A DNA stretch of 61,670 bases, counting the filler, from an uncultured Methanosarcinales archaeon (GTDB taxonomy: Archaea > Nanobdellota > Nanobdellia > Woesearchaeales > CAZPJY01): the NCBI GenBank assembly GCA_964587045.1. It is 3 parts of 3 records of this genome, joined end to end, with 100 filler letters (N's around TTAATTAATTAA, not from the genome) between each part and the next. Parts side by side here need not be neighbours in the genome. Positions count along the whole stretch, not along the records: positions 45,430 to 61,670 come from CAZPJY010000033.1; 2 more parts are not named here. One strand, 5' to 3'. Within the stretch, counting starts at the first letter, position 1, and every line of letters begins with the position of its first letter. Below are positions 56,791 to 61,670 of this stretch, in pieces. The notes under the pieces are model-generated. The model did not search any database and was not told the origin of the DNA. It was given only the letters and a program-made list of their open reading frames with translations. The position numbers were made by a program, and so were the translations under genes.

Positions 56791-57209
56791 AAATGAGACC
56801 CGCAATCATGCTTGTTTTAATGCTCATCCTTCTGGCAGGCTGCGGGCCGAAAGGCCAAACTGGAGGCTCGATATACATCTGCGCGGATGGAACGAAAGTG
56901 GGTGACAGCTCCCAATGCAGCGGTTTCTTCGCTGACCAGCCTGAGCCTGCAGTCGACAACTCCGTCCCGGCAGTGCCCGATCAGGTTGATGTGGCAGACA
57001 CAGGGGCTGCTATCTCGAGCGAGGCTGACGCCAGACAGGCTTTCGAGGATTATGTGGCCTCCAACGGCTTGGAGTATCACATCGTCGACATCGAACGGAC
57101 TGGTGAGGGATATGTCATAACCTACCAGCATGACGAGAATTCTGGCGGCAAGAGGCAGATGATAGTGTCTGAGGACGGCAGGGTGTACTACAAGCTCCCA
57201 CTCGCCTAA
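56787..57209 (+). CDS. lipoprotein with a PepSY-like C-terminal domain, coupled to the archaellin-peptidase gene
   Basis: ATGA overlap; lipobox LLAGC; ISSEADARQAF...IVDIE..GEGYVITY...MIVSEDGRV. Confidence 0.65.
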   Translation: MKMRPAIMLVLMLILLAGCGPKGQTGGSIYICADGTKVGDSSQCSGFFADQPEPAVDNSVPAVPDQVDVADTGAAISSEADARQAFEDYVASNGLEYHIVDIERTGEGYVITYQHDENSGGKRQMIVSEDGRVYYKLPLA

Positions 57210-57243
57210 AATTTTATATACTTTCTGTCCCAACCTTGATCGC

Positions 57244-57570
57244 ATGGCAAGAAACAAAGGAGCTGCTGTAGTCAGCTACATCACAATCATTGGGTGGGTA
57301 ATCGGTTACATAATGTACACGAACAAGAGGGACACTTTTACCGCGTACCACATCAGGCAGTCATTGCTCCTGATACTCGGGACCCTTGTCTTGTCGTTGA
57401 TGTCGGGGTATCCTCTCAACATAGGCAACCCCTTGCAGCCGCTAATCAGCCTGCTCCAGCTGATCCTGGTCATTTTCATCATCGTTGGGATCATCTACGC
57501 AGCGCAAGGCAAGAAGAAGGCTGTTCCGATTCTGGGAGACGTCGCTCAGGACTGGTTCAAGAGCCTCTAG
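57244..57570 (+). CDS. DUF4870-like membrane protein
   Basis: SYITIIGWVI...AYHIRQSL...GIIYAAQGK...VPILG. Confidence 0.75.
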   Translation: MARNKGAAVVSYITIIGWVIGYIMYTNKRDTFTAYHIRQSLLLILGTLVLSLMSGYPLNIGNPLQPLISLLQLILVIFIIVGIIYAAQGKKKAVPILGDVAQDWFKSL

Positions 57571-57598
57571 CGCGCGGGCGGTTCACTCGACAAACACA

Positions 57599-58231
57599 TC
57601 AATGCTCTTTGAGGGTCTTGCCGACGTTTTCCCAAGAGCGACCCACAAAGCCCTTCCCTTTCTTGGGCTTGTCTTCCTTGGTGATGAACCACACTATTAT
57701 GCCGAACACCAATATCATTATGACTAGCGCGAGGGTGTCGGGGTCGTTGAGCCAGCTAAGCCAGCAGTTGTTAAGCTTCCAATTAAATATCGAGGCAGGA
57801 CAAAGCCAGGTCCAGAGCCAATCATCCCACCAGCCCGCAGCCGCCCCAAATATTACCAGAACCGTAATGCCAGAAAGCTTCATTATCCAGCTTGCCAAGG
57901 AGGACCCCGCTATCTTGACCTTGGTCCCGAAGGTCCCTATCACCAGCAGCATCATCAGAACCGCTACGACCACCACTGAAACGTTTGGAAGGGCCTTATT
58001 GATTACATCCACCACATCAGCACCAGGGGGGTAGGATCCGGTGACATGGGGCACGACCACCAGCAGAGCTATCACAACCGCCACCCCTATGTTGTAGTTG
58101 CGCCTGCCCTCACCCAGCATCTTGGTCTTCTGAAGGATGGCAAACATTATTGTGAAAATCAGAACGAATGGCAGCAGTATGTCCGTCAAGCCCCATCCTT
58201 CCCAGGTTGAAACCAGGTCATAGAGGGTCAT
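57599..58231 (-). CDS. multi-pass membrane protein
   Basis: DILLPFVLIFTIMFAILQKTK and further TM helices; probable start MTLYDL at 58231. Confidence 0.75.
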   Translation of the reverse strand: MTLYDLVSTWEGWGLTDILLPFVLIFTIMFAILQKTKMLGEGRRNYNIGVAVVIALLVVVPHVTGSYPPGADVVDVINKALPNVSVVVVAVLMMLLVIGTFGTKVKIAGSSLASWIMKLSGITVLVIFGAAAGWWDDWLWTWLCPASIFNWKLNNCWLSWLNDPDTLALVIMILVFGIIVWFITKEDKPKKGKGFVGRSWENVGKTLKEH

Positions 58232-58350
58232 GAGATTACCATGCCGAAGGGCATTTAAAAACTTATCGCCGAGGATTCTATTAACTCCCCAATTAGCCAC
58301 AAGCGAAATTAAAACCAACCTTTAAGAATACAGAGTTCTTGCCAAAGGTA

Positions 58351-58863
58351 ATGATACAGACAATAGCCTTTTTAATACCTTACCTGGTGCTGTTGGCAGA
58401 GCTGGCCTTCTTCGTGGTACTCGGATTCGTCCTTGCAGGAAATATTAAGGTAAAGGAGTACGTCAAGAATCACGCCGTATTGCTTGCCTTCATCGTCGCT
58501 TTGACTGCGATGTGCGGGAGCCTTTTCTACTCAGAGGTCATGCACTACATACCATGCGAACTCTGCTGGTTCCAGAGGATCTTCATGTTCTCGCAGGTGT
58601 TCATGCTGGGATCTGCACTGGCCTTCAGGATCAAGCGGATTATGCGCGCGGCTCTTGTGATGAGTGCCGTCGGTGGGTCGATCTCAGTTTACCACTACTT
58701 CACGCAGATGTTTACCAGGGTGACAAGCTGCACGCTTGGAGACACGATGGCGAGCTGCTCTGCGAAGTTCACCTACCACTTCGGGTACATGACAATTCCC
58801 GTCATGGCGCTGACTGCTTTTGTGATCATTGCAGCACTCGCGGTGGTTTCCTGGAGGAAGTGA
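58351..58863 (+). CDS. dsbB: disulfide bond formation protein, DsbB/BdbC family
   Basis: GSLFYSEV...PCELCWFQRIFM, second Cys pair, FGYMTIP.MAL.AF. Confidence 0.9.
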   Translation: MIQTIAFLIPYLVLLAELAFFVVLGFVLAGNIKVKEYVKNHAVLLAFIVALTAMCGSLFYSEVMHYIPCELCWFQRIFMFSQVFMLGSALAFRIKRIMRAALVMSAVGGSISVYHYFTQMFTRVTSCTLGDTMASCSAKFTYHFGYMTIPVMALTAFVIIAALAVVSWRK

Positions 58864-58902
58864 TTCAACACAACCTTTATGAAGGCCGCACACTCCTGAC
58901 AC

Positions 58903-60084
58903 GTGATGGAACCCCTCATCCTCTCCATGGTCGTCATCTTCGTCGTGATAGTCCTCGCCCCATCCCTCGCCAAGCGCGTCAGGGTTCCCGTCATCATCAT
59001 CGAGCTCCTCGCGGGAGTGTTCATCGGCGTCTCCTTCCTCAATCTCATCCCTGAAAACCCAACCCTCGATTTCCTCTCGTCCTTCGGGCTCACATACCTC
59101 ATGTTCCTCGCTGGCCTCGAGATCGACTTCACCGAGGTGACCAAGCACCTGGGGAAGACGCTCACCATATCTCTCTTCTCGCTCGCGGTCCCATTCGGGG
59201 TGGGCTTCTCTCTCGGCGCAGCGGCGGGCATGCCGGGCATCCTCCTCGGGACCATCTTTGCGATGACCTCCCTCGGCCTCATCCTGCCTGTGGTCAAGGA
59301 CATCGAGGGGCACAGGGACCTCTTCCACGTGCTGCTCGGGACCGTCGTCATCGTCGACATAGTCTCAATGTTCCTCCTCGCCTTCACACTCTCCTACCTC
59401 AACGGCGCGATCGACGCCCGGTTCGTATACTCGAGCCTCGCCATCGTCACGCTCTTCGTCATCCCTTGGGTCGTGAACGCGAAGGTGCGCAACAGCGTCG
59501 TGTGCTGGGTGCAGCAGAAGTCGCACTTCGAGATGGAGGTTCGCCTCACCTTCGCCCTCATCTTCATCTTTGCCGCCCTCGTGGAGGTCCTCGGTTTCCA
59601 TTCCATCATCGGGGCATTCATCGCAGGCCTGATCATCTCCGAATTGGGGGCAAGCTGCAAGGGGGAAGACTTTGCCAAGGCCTCTGCCCTCCATGAGAAG
59701 CTGGAAGGGTTCGGCTACGGCTTCTTCATACCCCTCTTCTTCATCATCGTGGGCTCCCGGGTCGATGTGCGGACCATCTTCAGCGGCAGCGCCTTCATAG
59801 TCCCCATCCTGCTTGCGATCGCTGTGATCGCGGCCAATCTCATAGGTGCAGGGCTCCCTGCAAGGCTTTTCGGCTACAGCTGGAGGGAGAGCGTGGGATT
59901 CGGCTTCCTCCACGCCGGAGGTCTCAGCCTGGTACTCGCTGCTGCCGAGATTGCGCGCAGGGAGGCGCTCCTCACTGGGGAGCTGTTCTCGGCACTCGTG
60001 GTGTTCGCGATCCTCGTCTCGCTCATATCCCCAACCGTGGCGAAGGCGCTCCTGAAGGGACCTAGTGCACGCGCTTCTTCCTGA
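58903..60084 (+). CDS. CPA2 cation:proton antiporter
   Basis: LMFLAGLEID, TSLG.ILPV.KD, GAFIAG, GYGFFIPLFF..VG. Confidence 0.9.
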   Translation: MMEPLILSMVVIFVVIVLAPSLAKRVRVPVIIIELLAGVFIGVSFLNLIPENPTLDFLSSFGLTYLMFLAGLEIDFTEVTKHLGKTLTISLFSLAVPFGVGFSLGAAAGMPGILLGTIFAMTSLGLILPVVKDIEGHRDLFHVLLGTVVIVDIVSMFLLAFTLSYLNGAIDARFVYSSLAIVTLFVIPWVVNAKVRNSVVCWVQQKSHFEMEVRLTFALIFIFAALVEVLGFHSIIGAFIAGLIISELGASCKGEDFAKASALHEKLEGFGYGFFIPLFFIIVGSRVDVRTIFSGSAFIVPILLAIAVIAANLIGAGLPARLFGYSWRESVGFGFLHAGGLSLVLAAAEIARREALLTGELFSALVVFAILVSLISPTVAKALLKGPSARASS

Positions 60085-61516
60085 GGATGAACCAGCCGCC
60101 TGCGGCGATGATGACGACAGCAAGGAGTACCCACACCCATGGCGATATGTAGAGGTCATAGTCCTCATATTCGCTGAGCGCTGCTTCAATGGATTCCTGG
60201 CTGACAGTCTCCACTTCGCCAAGTGTGCCCCTCTCAACGATGATCCGCTGGCCTCGTGTGAGGATTTCAGTTGTGTTGCCTGATACCTCCACCTCACCTT
60301 CCAGCACGAGAACTGTGTCGATCAGGGTGTCCGGGTCATGTTCAACTATGTACTCGGTCCCGCGTGCTCCGGTTGAAATGGTGGGCGTCTTGACATAGAA
60401 ATTTGGCTTCTGTCCGGTTAACCTCCTGTGAGCGGTTTTCACCGCGCCCTTTATCCAGAAGACTATTGGCCTTTCCCCCTTGTAGTAGTTGGCGCTGCCT
60501 GGAACCTCATAAAGGGTGTTCGACCTGATGTCAAACACGTCCTGAGCGTTTTGGAAATCGTTGAAGATTATGACTTTCGCCTTGCTGTCAGGCCCAGTTC
60601 TCAACCTGTCTCCCTCAAAGATGGACATGTGGACGCCGACCCGGAGCCATTTCTTCGCCGAAGGCCGCCATATTCGAATCCCGTTCTTGTCCTTGACAGC
60701 CTTGATGAATCCGACTTTCTTGAGGCCTTTGACTTCCTCGCCTTGAGGAGAGAATATGTATTTTATCCAGTCGGCAAACTGGTAAGGGGTCTCGGCGAAA
60801 TCGTCCATCAGAGTCTTTGCACATCCTGCATACTCCCATGTGCCCGTCTCTCCATTACACTGGTCTGCAAAGTCAGGCACCCCATCGCTGTCTTCGTCCG
60901 GGCATCCGTATGCGCGCGAAGAGCCTTCCTCCTCAGGGCACCAGTCCAGATTGTTCGGGACACCATCACCATCCCAGTCGTTGCTATCTGGGAACAGGTC
61001 CTCGTCCAGGTTCTCCTCGATCAGGTCGCCCTGGCAAAAGCAGGTGTCCCAGACGCCATCATTGAAATTGGACCACGTGCCATTCTCGTAGTCGTTGTCC
61101 CTGCAGTAGTCGTCGCAGACCTGGTTCTTAGCCTCCTGCAGCCGTTCGTTGAGCCCTGCGTTGCAGTCTGCCCAGCATGTCGAGACGTCCTCACCTGATT
61201 CCATGCTAGTCTGGCAGCCCTCTATGCAGTTGACGTACCACTCATAAGGTCCGGAGGATAAAGCCATCCAGCCGTCGTTGACGCACCATTTCCCACTGTA
61301 TATGTCACATATGTTGCAAGCGCAGAATACATCGAGCGCGCAGCCGGAGTACTCATACGTCCTGCAGTACGTGTACTTCTTCTGGTTGCACTCGTCATTG
61401 CACTTCTTGGCGCAGTCGTCATATTTCGCAGCGCACTCATCAGCAGTCTCAGCAGCTAAACCCACCGCTAACAGAATGAAAAGGATACCAATGATGAAGA
61501 CCAGCCTCATGATCAC
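60062..61516 (-). CDS. surface protein: Cys-rich domain, thrombospondin type-3 repeats, FecR-like domain, C-terminal TM anchor
   Basis: Signal peptide; many Cys; DWDGDGVPNNLDWCP and DSDGVPDFADQC; EGDRLRTGPDS...VKTP...GARGTEY...VLEGEVEV; TM helix plus RKKR. Confidence 0.8.
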   Translation of the reverse strand: MIMRLVFIIGILFILLAVGLAAETADECAAKYDDCAKKCNDECNQKKYTYCRTYEYSGCALDVFCACNICDIYSGKWCVNDGWMALSSGPYEWYVNCIEGCQTSMESGEDVSTCWADCNAGLNERLQEAKNQVCDDYCRDNDYENGTWSNFNDGVWDTCFCQGDLIEENLDEDLFPDSNDWDGDGVPNNLDWCPEEEGSSRAYGCPDEDSDGVPDFADQCNGETGTWEYAGCAKTLMDDFAETPYQFADWIKYIFSPQGEEVKGLKKVGFIKAVKDKNGIRIWRPSAKKWLRVGVHMSIFEGDRLRTGPDSKAKVIIFNDFQNAQDVFDIRSNTLYEVPGSANYYKGERPIVFWIKGAVKTAHRRLTGQKPNFYVKTPTISTGARGTEYIVEHDPDTLIDTVLVLEGEVEVSGNTTEILTRGQRIIVERGTLGEVETVSQESIEAALSEYEDYDLYISPWVWVLLAVVIIAAGGWFILRKKRVH

Positions 61517-61554
61517 ACCCCCATGGGGTGGGAGAGCATCTAATATAATAATTT

Positions 61555-61668
61555 TTAGAATTCTGGACCTTTTTGCAGTGCATCGACTACCATATTATTC
61601 TTCGAGTACTCCCTGTACTGCACGACCGTATTGCGCAGATCATCAATCCCCTGACCTACCGTCGCAAA
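61555..61668 (-). CDS. C-terminal fragment of an unknown protein (window edge)
   Basis: Open frame FATVGQGIDDLRNTVVQYREYSKNNMVVDALQKGPEF*. Confidence 0.35.
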   Translation of the reverse strand, partial: FATVGQGIDDLRNTVVQYREYSKNNMVVDALQKGPEF

Positions 61669-61670
61669 TA

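Noticed and set aside
58512..60297. Long overlapping ORFs across dsbB and the antiporter (and similar antisense ORFs elsewhere)
   Set aside because: Shadows of GC3-rich genes with clear family motifs; they have no recognisable domains of their own.

Overview
Archaeal DNA, most likely from a DPANN/Nanobdellota lineage such as Woesearchaeales. This assignment is an inference from L44e, GINS, Cbf5, Kae1, Taw3, archaeal TyrRS, form III-type RuBisCO, an S-layer protein, TATA-box promoters and lineage-typical orphan genes. The window is three contigs joined by two artificial 100-nt N/TTAATTAATTAA spacers (23263-23362 and 45330-45429), so gene order across those points is meaningless. Content: housekeeping and tRNA-modification genes, the 3' end of 23S rRNA, tRNA-Leu(CAG), metabolic genes (rbcL, glnA, coaD, GH37 trehalase, SufC/SufB-like minimal Fe-S system) and many cell-surface proteins. 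Top candidate for a new system: an archaellin (55252-56790) with a complete zinc-metallopeptidase domain (HETGHIFGARDEY plus SIM Met-turn) inserted in its variable region, translationally coupled to a PepSY-like lipoprotein and close to Kazal-inhibitor lipoproteins. This would be a possible archaeal counterpart of bacterial proteolytic flagellins. A second archaellin carries different cargo in the same slot. Other highlights: two tandem-Fis-HTH proteins with three matching 16-bp candidate operators; a membrane-anchored wHTH regulator with 10-bp-phased repeats at a target promoter; a hairpin-stacked S-layer 5' leader; two degenerate JAB/MPN proteins. All family calls come from reading motifs by eye; no database search was run.
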